From Acidimicrobiia bacterium (GTDB lineage Bacteria; Actinomycetota; Acidimicrobiia; Spongiisociales; ZC4RG35), in assembly GCA_041747855.1 (NCBI GenBank), contig JBGTEJ010000042.1, positions 321 to 64,320 of the forward strand: a stretch of 64,000 bases of DNA. Reading direction: 5' to 3'. The position numbers and the translations under genes were made by a program. This document shows positions 1-8,099 of the stretch, piece by piece. The notes under the pieces were generated by a model. That model did no database searches. It was not told where the DNA came from and saw only the letters and a program-made list of their open reading frames with translations. Each line of letters opens with the position of its first letter. Within the stretch, counting starts at the first letter, position 1.

Positions 1-1
1 C

Positions 2-184
2 AATGCGGCCCTCGTCGGGTCAGCCGTGGGTCTGATCCTCGGAGTATTTACCATCGACAGTCTCGGACTCGAGACCACCGTGCGACTACTGGCCATCGCC
101 ATGGTCGGTGCCGCCGCCCTGACCATGCAACTGCCTGAGACCCGCGGTCAGGACCTGACTGCGATATCGACTGACCGCCGATAG
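2..184 (+). CDS. C-terminal fragment of a membrane permease (MFS-like); 5' end lies outside the window
   Basis: The frame is open from the window edge to TAG at 182-184. It translates as ...VGLILGVFTIDSLGLETTVRLLAIAMVGAAALTMQLPETRGQDL..., a last hydrophobic helix plus a PETRG-type tail typical of MFS permeases. It is absent from the ORF track because its start is off-window. Confidence 0.45.
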   Translation, partial: NAALVGSAVGLILGVFTIDSLGLETTVRLLAIAMVGAAALTMQLPETRGQDLTAISTDRR

Positions 185-1479
185 CCGAGTAGGAGCACCA
201 GCGCCCGCACCGCCATGAAGGATCCGAGGGCCCACCAAATACCTGAGAGATCTGAACCAAGAGCGGAACCCGCCATCAGAGACACGGCTACCAACGCTCC
301 CGCTGCCGTCGAAACGGCCATCACCGACGGTGCCAACAGGCCCATGATTATCCCGTCACCGACGAACACGACCGCCCCGAGTAGGAGCACCACCGCGGCC
401 ACACCGCCGGCGGCCACCGCCAACTCCCCCACCAGCGCGTCACTGGCGATCAAAGGCAAGGCTTGTCGTCCGAACAGGAGGCCGACGAACAGGATCAGGC
501 CGACGCCGGCACCCCAGGTGACCAGCCTCTTGGCGAGAGCCCCTATCTTCTCACGGTCACGGCCTGCCGTGGTCTCGCCGACCAACGCTTGACCGGCGAT
601 CTCGACACTGTCTGCGACCAACGCCCCAAACAGGAATATCTGGGCGACCAACTGATGTGCCGCGATGTGGGCAGGACCGATCCTGGTCGCCGTGGATGCG
701 GCGAAGGTGAAGGTAAAAAGGAGGAAGGTCGAACGCAGCACCAGAATCGACCCGTTGCGTCCGAGGGTCATAAGAGCGGGCAGGCTTCCTTTGAGGCTCG
801 ACGGGCGGGTGGCCATGTTCTTCGATTTGATCAGGTAGAGGAACAGACCGGCCCCAACGCCTTGCGCAACCACGGTGGCCCAGGCAGCCCCGACCAATCC
901 CCAGCCAGCAACAAAGATGAACAGGGGGTCGAGCACCAGGTTCACCACATTGATGACCACCGCAACCTTCAGCGGAGTTCGGGTGTCCTGGTGTCCCCGG
1001 AAGGCACCATGACCGGCGATCACGATGAAGACGAAGATAGATGCCCATGCCCGCACATCGAGATAGCTCACTGCGGCTTCGGCGACCTCGCCCCCCGCAC
1101 CCATCAGGCTGACCAATCTTCCAGACAGCAGCCTCAGGGCGACCGTCACCACCACACCGATTGCAATCGCCAGACCGAGGGCGGTACCGACGAACTGACG
1201 AGCCTCGTCGGGTAGACCACGCCCCAGGGAGCGTGCCACCAGAGGGGTGGTCACGAACGCCAGGAAGTTGAATGCAAAGAAGGCGAAGCTGACGATCGCT
1301 GCGTTGACCCCGAGTGCGGCCAACTCGGTAGTGCCCAGCCTCGCCACGAAAGCGGTATCGGTGAGGGTCAGGAGAGGATCGATGGCGGCGGTAACCACGG
1401 CAGGGACCGCGATCCGCAGAATTGCCCGGTCAGTACCCCTCAACGTGCCGCGTCTGACCTCATCGGGCCGCATGGGCAT
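148..1479 (-). CDS. MATE family efflux transporter (DinF-like)
   Basis: 443-aa polytopic ORF. The N-terminus DRAILRIAVPAVVTAAIDPLLTLTDTAFVARLG and the repeated hydrophobic halves match the MATE architecture. Confidence 0.85.
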   Translation of the reverse strand: MPMRPDEVRRGTLRGTDRAILRIAVPAVVTAAIDPLLTLTDTAFVARLGTTELAALGVNAAIVSFAFFAFNFLAFVTTPLVARSLGRGLPDEARQFVGTALGLAIAIGVVVTVALRLLSGRLVSLMGAGGEVAEAAVSYLDVRAWASIFVFIVIAGHGAFRGHQDTRTPLKVAVVINVVNLVLDPLFIFVAGWGLVGAAWATVVAQGVGAGLFLYLIKSKNMATRPSSLKGSLPALMTLGRNGSILVLRSTFLLFTFTFAASTATRIGPAHIAAHQLVAQIFLFGALVADSVEIAGQALVGETTAGRDREKIGALAKRLVTWGAGVGLILFVGLLFGRQALPLIASDALVGELAVAAGGVAAVVLLLGAVVFVGDGIIMGLLAPSVMAVSTAAGALVAVSLMAGSALGSDLSGIWWALGSFMAVRALVLLLGYRRSVDIAVRS

Positions 1480-2143
1480 CCTTCGAGGGCCATCGGCACA
1501 GATCGAAGAGATAACACGAGCCGCATTTGGGTCTTTGGGCCTCGCACGTGTCGCGTCCGAACTGGATGAACCGCATCGAGATGCCCGACCAGACCTCCTC
1601 CGGATAGAGCGCTTTCAAGTCGGTCTCGACCTTGACCGGGTCTTTCTGGGTGGTCAGTGCCAGACGTCCGGCAACCCTCTTCACATGTGTGTCAACCGCA
1701 ATGGCAGGAAGATTCCACACTTCGGCGAGCACCACGGAGGCCGTCTTCCTCCCCACCCCACGGAGTCTCACGAGCTGGTCGAGGTCCGCCGGCACTTCGC
1801 CGTCGAATCGGTCGGCCACATCTTGGGATAGTTCGATGATCGCCCTCGTCTTCTGGCGATAGAACCCGGTCGAGTACACCAGACGCTCCACCTCCTCAGG
1901 GTCGGCGTCGGCGAGATCGGCGGCCGTGGCGAATCTCCGGAACAGCCCAGGTGCCACCCTGTTCACGTTCTCGTCCGTGGTCTGGGCCGAGAGAACCGTG
2001 ACCACGAGGAGCTGCCATGCATTCTCATACTCGAGCGCGGTGCCCATCATGGGGTATCGAGCCACGAGTCTTCGCAGAACTTCGAATGCCCTGTCTTTGG
2101 ACGATCGTGCGGGGCGGGTTCCGTCGGCGCGTTTCAGGAACAT
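1460..2143 (-). CDS. nth: endonuclease III (DNA glycosylase/AP lyase)
   Basis: HhH-GPD region LRGVGRKTASVVL, catalytic DTHVKRV, and C-terminal 4Fe-4S ligands CEAQRPKCGSCYLFDLC (C-x6-C-x2-C-x5-C). Confidence 0.92.
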   Translation of the reverse strand: MFLKRADGTRPARSSKDRAFEVLRRLVARYPMMGTALEYENAWQLLVVTVLSAQTTDENVNRVAPGLFRRFATAADLADADPEEVERLVYSTGFYRQKTRAIIELSQDVADRFDGEVPADLDQLVRLRGVGRKTASVVLAEVWNLPAIAVDTHVKRVAGRLALTTQKDPVKVETDLKALYPEEVWSGISMRFIQFGRDTCEAQRPKCGSCYLFDLCRWPSKDAHAAR

Positions 2144-2182
2144 GACGGGTCATGGTATTGCCCGCACCTACCCTTTCCGTCC

Positions 2183-3064
2183 ATGTCAACGACGATCGGC
2201 AGGCGCGCCGTCATCGCCCTCCTCGGAGCGGCATTTCTGTACGGCGCCACTTTTGTCGTCATCAAGTCGGCTCTGGAGGACATCGCCCCGCTCGCCTTCG
2301 TTGCATGGCGGTTCACTATCGGAGCGCTCGTACTCGCGTTCTTCGCCTTTCCCCGCGGATCGAGGATCTGGCTTCACGGGTCGCTGGCTGGCGTGGCCCT
2401 TTTCGCCGGCTACGCACTGCAGACGGCTGGCCTGGCATCGACGACGGCGTCCAACTCCGCTCTGATAACGGGAATGTACGTGGTGTTCACCCCGATCCTC
2501 TCCGCGATCTTCCGACGACGGTTACCTTCGATCTGGGTTGCTTCCGCAGCAGTCGGAGCCTTCGTCGGCATATACCTCCTCACCGACACCGACGGGTTCA
2601 CCTTGAGCCGGGGTGACCTCCTCACCCTCGGATGCGCTCTCGCCTTCGCCCTGCACATCATCGCTCTCGCCCGCTATGCGGGCTTACACCCTGTCGTGCC
2701 CTTCACCACCGTTCAACTTGCCGTGACCGCACTTCTCGCCTTCCCCATCTCCCTCGTCGTCGACGGTCCAGTGGTGCCCCAGTGGTCGGTGTGGCCGGCC
2801 CTTTTGGTCACCGCCCTCGCGGTTTCAGTTGGTGCCTTCCTGCTTCAGGTCTGGGCGCAGACAGTGGTCGGACCAGGGACCACGGCGGTGGTGTTGGCCG
2901 CCGAACCCGCGTTCGCAGTCGCAACGGCCTGGGTTGTCCTCGGTGAGCGACTCGACATCGCGGGTTGGGTCGGAACCGCATTGATCGTCATCGCCATCTA
3001 CCTGGTCGTCACCCACCAGAACGACAACGCCCGCTTCGCGGAGTCGGTAGCGCCGGCCAGGTAG
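2183..3064 (+). CDS. EamA/DMT family transporter
   Basis: 293 aa with about 10 hydrophobic helices in two repeated halves, a pattern typical of EamA domains. ATG at 2183. Confidence 0.8.
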   Translation: MSTTIGRRAVIALLGAAFLYGATFVVIKSALEDIAPLAFVAWRFTIGALVLAFFAFPRGSRIWLHGSLAGVALFAGYALQTAGLASTTASNSALITGMYVVFTPILSAIFRRRLPSIWVASAAVGAFVGIYLLTDTDGFTLSRGDLLTLGCALAFALHIIALARYAGLHPVVPFTTVQLAVTALLAFPISLVVDGPVVPQWSVWPALLVTALAVSVGAFLLQVWAQTVVGPGTTAVVLAAEPAFAVATAWVVLGERLDIAGWVGTALIVIAIYLVVTHQNDNARFAESVAPAR

Positions 3065-3077
3065 AGGAGCGGGTGGC

Positions 3078-3446
3078 CTAGACCCGGTCTTCCAGGTTGG
3101 TCTCCGATGGATTGCCTCCGGCGCCACCGTTAGGGACCGACTGCTCCGAGGATGGAACTCGACCGGCCGGCACGAGAGACTGGCCGGACTGTTTCTGGAG
3201 CCGTCTGGCCAGCCGCATCAGCCAACGGATCACCATGACAATGCCGAACAGTCCGATCGTCAGGAGGATCAGCAGCTCGGGACCGGTGGTGAACGGCAGA
3301 TCGCAGCGTTCGATCCCCCCGGAACAGAGGCCGTACCCGGTGCCACCTGTGACCAGGTCGATCAGCACCAGCATTGGCACCAGAGCTATGGCCAAAGCCA
3401 GGACGGCGAGGAGGAGCGCCAGTATCCGAATCAGATTGACAGCCAC
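3078..3446 (-). CDS. hypothetical small membrane protein (2 TM, C-x6-C loop)
   Basis: Two clear hydrophobic helices. The overlapping plus-strand ORF 3097-3459 is R/S/P-rich, which looks like a shadow frame. Confidence 0.5.
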   Translation of the reverse strand: MAVNLIRILALLLAVLALAIALVPMLVLIDLVTGGTGYGLCSGGIERCDLPFTTGPELLILLTIGLFGIVMVIRWLMRLARRLQKQSGQSLVPAGRVPSSEQSVPNGGAGGNPSETNLEDRV

Positions 3447-3479
3447 GGGGAAACGCTAACCGGGAGCCTCCGCAATCTC

Positions 3480-5138
3480 GTGGAGCGCGACCGCTACGAT
3501 CAGCCGCCCTTGCCGCGATACCACCAAGAGCATTTTACGGCCGACGAGAAGACGGTCCTCGACAGGTTCTTCACCAACACCGACCTTCCGGTGTTCGGTC
3601 TGACCAATCTTCCTGAGGTAGTCAAAGGCGCCCTGTTCGCTCGTTACTCCAGGTCGGACAAGTCCCTTCGAAGACTGTTCTTGGACGAATTCGTTGCCGA
3701 TCCCGACTCCGGTATCGAACTGATGGCCGGCCAGGGAGTCGATCCGATGGTGTCGACCCGCAAGGCCGAAGAGCTCTATCAGAGGATGTTCTTCGACTAC
3801 GGCGATGATTCAGTAGCCCAGTTGGGTGGCGCCCATCTCGCATGCGAACAGGCCTCGAATCTGCTCACCAAAGTTCTGGAGTGGGGGCGATTGGCAGCTT
3901 ATCTGGAGCAGTCGACCCGCTACATCGCCTACGACTCCAAGCTCGGCGATGGCTATCGCTACCTGACCCCCGACGAGATCGCCGACTCCCCCCATTCCGC
4001 GAGGTACACGGCCCACATGCAACGGGTGTTCGACACGTACTCGCGCATGGTCGCCCGAATGATGGATGTGTACGAGACCAAGTTTCCCCACGACCCGTCT
4101 GACCCCAAGTGGATATGGCGGTCGACGATCCGGGCGAAGGCATGCGATACGGTCCGGGGTCTGCTCCCGGTGTCCACCCTCTCCAACGTAGGCGTTTATG
4201 CGACCGGCCAGGCGTATGAGATGGCCCTGGTCCGGATGGCGGCGAACCCGCTAGAAGAGGTCCGCTCCTACGGAGAGATGATGCTGGCTGAGCTCAGACA
4301 CATCATTCCTTCGTTCCTCATCAGAGTCGACCTAGAGGAGCGAGGGGTCCGCTGGTCGCAATACCTCGCCGATGTCAGATCCAATCTGGAGAAGGCAACC
4401 GACGGTTTCGTCGGCCCTAGCGACCCAGGTCCGACGGTGACATTGACCGATTGGGATCCTGAGGCGGAAACCAAGATCGTGGCCGCTGCCCTCTACGCGG
4501 TCAGCGAGCTCCCCGACGGCGACCTCCAGGCAATGGCCAAGACCCTCACGGCAGAGCAAAAGGCGGAGTTGATGACTGCCCTCGTCGGTGATCGCGCCAA
4601 CCGGCGACACAAACCGGGACGGCCGATGGAGCGGACTTCGTACAGGTTCGACGTCAAGTGCGACATCGGGGCCTTCCGCGACCTTCAGCGTCATCGTCTC
4701 ATGACCGTCGAATGGCAACGGTTCTCCACCCGCCTGGGATACGACATTCCAGCCGAGCTGGACTCCGAAGGGCTCGACGACGCCTGGACCTCGATCATGG
4801 ACGACGCCGGCGCTCTCTACGAGGACATCCGGGACACGCTCGGCCCCGACGTAGCCCAGTATGTAGTCCCCTTCGCCTACAACGTGCGGTTTGTGATGGA
4901 CATGAACCCCCGGCAGGCATTCCACCTGATCGAACTTCGCAGCGGGTCGGCAGGACACCCGGCCTACCGCACCGTCGCCCATCAGATGCACCAGGCGATA
5001 CGAGACGTCGCCGGTCATGGGCTCATTGCCGATGCGATGACACACGTCGACTATTCGAATGTCGAATTGGAACGGCTCGAGGGTGAGCGGCGCTCCGAAC
5101 AGAAGCGTTCCTCGGTGGGTTCGACCGACAGCCGATAA
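3480..5138 (+). CDS. double-length ThyX-like (FAD-dependent thymidylate synthase family) protein
   Basis: 552 aa with GTG start. The first half carries EWGRLAAYLEQSTRY (the S-x-RY part of the ThyX motif, with RHR degenerated to WGR). The second half carries LQRHRLMTVEWQRFSTRLGY (RHR retained, at 4689-4697) and HLIELRSGSAGHPAYR (the ThyX-type LR...R helix). Confidence 0.55.
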   Translation: MERDRYDQPPLPRYHQEHFTADEKTVLDRFFTNTDLPVFGLTNLPEVVKGALFARYSRSDKSLRRLFLDEFVADPDSGIELMAGQGVDPMVSTRKAEELYQRMFFDYGDDSVAQLGGAHLACEQASNLLTKVLEWGRLAAYLEQSTRYIAYDSKLGDGYRYLTPDEIADSPHSARYTAHMQRVFDTYSRMVARMMDVYETKFPHDPSDPKWIWRSTIRAKACDTVRGLLPVSTLSNVGVYATGQAYEMALVRMAANPLEEVRSYGEMMLAELRHIIPSFLIRVDLEERGVRWSQYLADVRSNLEKATDGFVGPSDPGPTVTLTDWDPEAETKIVAAALYAVSELPDGDLQAMAKTLTAEQKAELMTALVGDRANRRHKPGRPMERTSYRFDVKCDIGAFRDLQRHRLMTVEWQRFSTRLGYDIPAELDSEGLDDAWTSIMDDAGALYEDIRDTLGPDVAQYVVPFAYNVRFVMDMNPRQAFHLIELRSGSAGHPAYRTVAHQMHQAIRDVAGHGLIADAMTHVDYSNVELERLEGERRSEQKRSSVGSTDSR

Positions 5139-5172
5139 CCCGTCCGGGCTCGAGTCGAGGTAACGTCGCGCC

Positions 5173-5391
5173 ATGGCTGAATTCGATGTCGACGCCATGA
5201 TCAACCGATTTGCGGAGCGAGCAGAGGCTGTCAAGACGCGTCCACTGCCTCCGGTAGCAGGTGAGGAACGCCAGAAATTCGTGCGGCAAGCCCAGACCGA
5301 TTACATCGACTTTGCCCTGGTAGCGAATGCTCAGTGGGTTGTCGAGGATGGTCACCTCGTCATCCGGATACCTCTAGCCGGTAAAGGCTAA
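5173..5391 (+). CDS. small hypothetical protein (72 aa) preceding the ArsA-like pair
   Basis: ATG start and balanced composition. The gene ends 9 nt before the next gene. Hand-counted GC3 is only about 58 percent, so the coding call is tentative. Confidence 0.4.
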   Translation: MAEFDVDAMINRFAERAEAVKTRPLPPVAGEERQKFVRQAQTDYIDFALVANAQWVVEDGHLVIRIPLAGKG

Positions 5392-5400
5392 GAAGCCCGG

Positions 5401-6249
5401 ATGCTCGACGACCGTCTGGTCATCGTCTCCGGCAAGGGCGGTACGGGGAAATCGGCGGTGGCAGCAGGTCTGGCGCTCGTCGCCCAGCGACACGGTTTGC
5501 GGGTTCTGGCCGCGGAGATGGATGCGAGCGGTGGGCTTTCCGCCCATCTGTCCACCTCCGAACTGGCCTTCAAACCTCGACAAGTGCTTCCCGGTCTCCA
5601 CGCAATGCGGGTCGTCAGATCCGAGGCCCTACTCGAATACCTGTCCCTCCAACTACGGATCCCCGGAATCGGACGTTTTGGAGGCGGTGTGGCAAGGTCA
5701 TTCGACGCTCTTTCGACAGCCGCACCCGCCATCAGGGAGATCATCACGATCGGAAAGCTGCTGTGGGAGGTCAAACAAGACCGGTGGGACATGGTTGTGC
5801 TCGACGCGCCACCGACAGGACAACTCGGATCCTACTTGAGGGCGCCCAGATCCATCACGGAACTAGTCCCCACGGGGAGGATTCGGGAGCAGGCAGAATG
5901 GATGGCGGGCACCCTGGTCGACCCTGAGATCACCAGGTTGGTCCTGGTCACCCTCCCAGAAGAGCTTCCAACCAGCGAGACGATGGAGACGATCGGCTGG
6001 CTGGAGGTGGAACAGATCACACCGCCGCCCCTCGTGTTGGTGAATCGTGTCCTTCCCCCGCTGACAGTGGCCAAACGTCCGCAGGGTGTCGCTGGCGAGA
6101 TGGTGGAGCTGCACAGCGCCCAACTCACCGAACAGAAGACGTGGCTGGAGACCCTGCCAGGAGACCTGACACTTCCCTACTTGTTCGGACTGTTCACACC
6201 AGGTGAGGTCTCAGCCCACCTGAGCGATCTCCTGGAGCATCTCGACTGA
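5401..6249 (+). CDS. ArsA/Get3-like P-loop ATPase, first of a pair (BagA-like)
   Basis: Deviant Walker A VSGKGGTGKSAVAAGLA. Switch-II-like VLDAPPTGQ. Confidence 0.8.
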   Translation: MLDDRLVIVSGKGGTGKSAVAAGLALVAQRHGLRVLAAEMDASGGLSAHLSTSELAFKPRQVLPGLHAMRVVRSEALLEYLSLQLRIPGIGRFGGGVARSFDALSTAAPAIREIITIGKLLWEVKQDRWDMVVLDAPPTGQLGSYLRAPRSITELVPTGRIREQAEWMAGTLVDPEITRLVLVTLPEELPTSETMETIGWLEVEQITPPPLVLVNRVLPPLTVAKRPQGVAGEMVELHSAQLTEQKTWLETLPGDLTLPYLFGLFTPGEVSAHLSDLLEHLD

Positions 6250-6260
6250 GCCAGGCACTG

Positions 6261-7277
6261 ATGATCGCCGGCGCCGGTGGGGTGGGCAAGACCACCGTCG
6301 CAGCCGCAGTTGCCGTGAGGGCAGCCCGGTCCGGGGCACGGACCCTGGTCGTCACCGTCGACCCTGCCAGGAGACTCGCAGCAGCACTGAAGATTCAAGA
6401 TCTCAGCGACGAGCCGAAACCACATCCCGACGAGCCCAACCTCTGGGCGGCCCAACTCGACTCCTCTGCCTCGTGGCGGGCGGTGGCGGAACGGCACGCC
6501 GACCCCGAAGTGGCGCATCGACTGGCAACCAACGAGTTCTTCCAAGCGGCGGCAGACCACTTCCCGGCTTCCCAGTCCTACGCCGCGGCCGACCAGGCGG
6601 CAACATACGTTCAAGCCCGGGCATGGGATCTGGTGGTGGTCGATACCCCACCGTCAGGGGGCGGCACCGACTTCTTCACCGCACCCGCCCAGATGGCCGA
6701 CCTCGTCGGGGGCCGCCTTCTTCGCTGGATCACCGGGGGCCCCCTGCCAGGACGCCGCTTTCTCTACAATCGCGCCGGGCGGCCAGTGCTGAAGATCGCC
6801 GATGCCGTCCTCGGTTCGGACCTGCTTCAGCGAGTCAGCGAATTCCTCCTCGACCTGCGCACCACTTATGACGGGGTCGCCAGAAGAGGACGTGAGATCG
6901 AGCGGGTGATGAGAGAGGCGGTCATCTTCGTCGTGACCACAGCCGACCCCGCTCCAATGCACGAGGCTGTCAGGTTCTACCGGGATCTTCCCGGAGTCGC
7001 CTCCACCCCCGATGCCGTCATTTTCAACCGTTCCCTACCGGAGGAATGGATCAATCCCGATGGCGACTTCCCTCCCGACGTGAGACAGATCGTCGAACTG
7101 TGGTCCGCCGAGACCGCACGGCAGAAGGACTTCAGGGAGAGCTTCTCGTCCCGATACGGCGCAACAGTGGCATCCATCCCCTGGACATCCCGGCCACCCA
7201 CCAGTCTGGACGATCTGGCCAATCTGGTCAGGAACGGCTCGGGTATACCTTGGGATGCTTTGGGCATAAGCTTGTAG
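6261..7277 (+). CDS. ArsA/Get3-like P-loop ATPase, second of a pair (BagB-like)
   Basis: Walker A GAGGVGKTTVAAAVA, TVDPARRL, and VVDTPPSGG. It starts 11 nt after the partner gene. Confidence 0.8.
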   Translation: MIAGAGGVGKTTVAAAVAVRAARSGARTLVVTVDPARRLAAALKIQDLSDEPKPHPDEPNLWAAQLDSSASWRAVAERHADPEVAHRLATNEFFQAAADHFPASQSYAAADQAATYVQARAWDLVVVDTPPSGGGTDFFTAPAQMADLVGGRLLRWITGGPLPGRRFLYNRAGRPVLKIADAVLGSDLLQRVSEFLLDLRTTYDGVARRGREIERVMREAVIFVVTTADPAPMHEAVRFYRDLPGVASTPDAVIFNRSLPEEWINPDGDFPPDVRQIVELWSAETARQKDFRESFSSRYGATVASIPWTSRPPTSLDDLANLVRNGSGIPWDALGISL

Positions 7278-7279
7278 CT

Positions 7280-8074
7280 ATGACCAAAGCAGCAGCGTTC
7301 TTCGACCTCGACAGGACACTGATCTCGGGTGCATCGGCCCTCCCGTTGGGGGTGGCCGCCTTCAGACAGGGACTAGCAACGAGATCCGAGATGCTGTCGT
7401 GGGCCCTCGACGCCATCACTTTCAAGATTCTCGGCGATAAGGACGGGAGCACCGCCGAAGACACCAGACAGGACTTCCTGGTCCGTCTCGCAGGTATCCC
7501 TGTGGCAGAGATACACGAGCTCGAGGCGGCGGTCACCCCGGGACTGGTCTCGAGGGTAAGGCCGGAGTCGCGCGGGCTCCTCGCGATGCACCACAACCAC
7601 GAGAGGGACACCTGGATCGTCTCTGCGAGTCCTCAGATCCTCGTCGAACCTCTGGCTGCGTCACTCGGGATGACCGGAGCGATCGGAACCCGTGGTGAGA
7701 TCATCGACGGCCATTTCACCGGCCAGCTGGACGGCCCTTTCGTCTACGGGCCGGGCAAGGCGGAAGCCATCGAGAAATTGGCCTCCGAGCGGGGATACGA
7801 CCTCGACCTCTGCTACGCCTACTCGGACTCCATATCCGACCTGCCGATGCTCAGCATGGTGGGTCATCCCGTTGCGGTAAACCCCGATTCACGTCTGATC
7901 ACCGAGGCCCGCGCCAGAGGGTGGCCGGTGGTGATCTTCGCCAGGAAAACCAAACAGGCCCTGGCGGCTGGTGCGGTGACAACGGCACTCATCGGAACCG
8001 GGGTGCTCGCCTACTTGCGCGGACGCCACGACGGGCGACTCGCCGCCCTCACAACCCGGCCCCGAAGGTTCTGA
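7280..8074 (+). CDS. HAD-IB family hydrolase with C-terminal membrane anchor
   Basis: ATG at 7280 gives MTKAAAFFDLDRTLISGAS (HAD motif I, DxD). YSDSISDLPML is motif IV. The C-terminal hydrophobic segment is AAGAVTTALIGTGVLAYL. The track ORF from 7046 overlaps the previous gene and I rejected it. Confidence 0.8.
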   Translation: MTKAAAFFDLDRTLISGASALPLGVAAFRQGLATRSEMLSWALDAITFKILGDKDGSTAEDTRQDFLVRLAGIPVAEIHELEAAVTPGLVSRVRPESRGLLAMHHNHERDTWIVSASPQILVEPLAASLGMTGAIGTRGEIIDGHFTGQLDGPFVYGPGKAEAIEKLASERGYDLDLCYAYSDSISDLPMLSMVGHPVAVNPDSRLITEARARGWPVVIFARKTKQALAAGAVTTALIGTGVLAYLRGRHDGRLAALTTRPRRF

Positions 8075-8099
8075 CAGGCTGACGCCAGACACCAACCCC

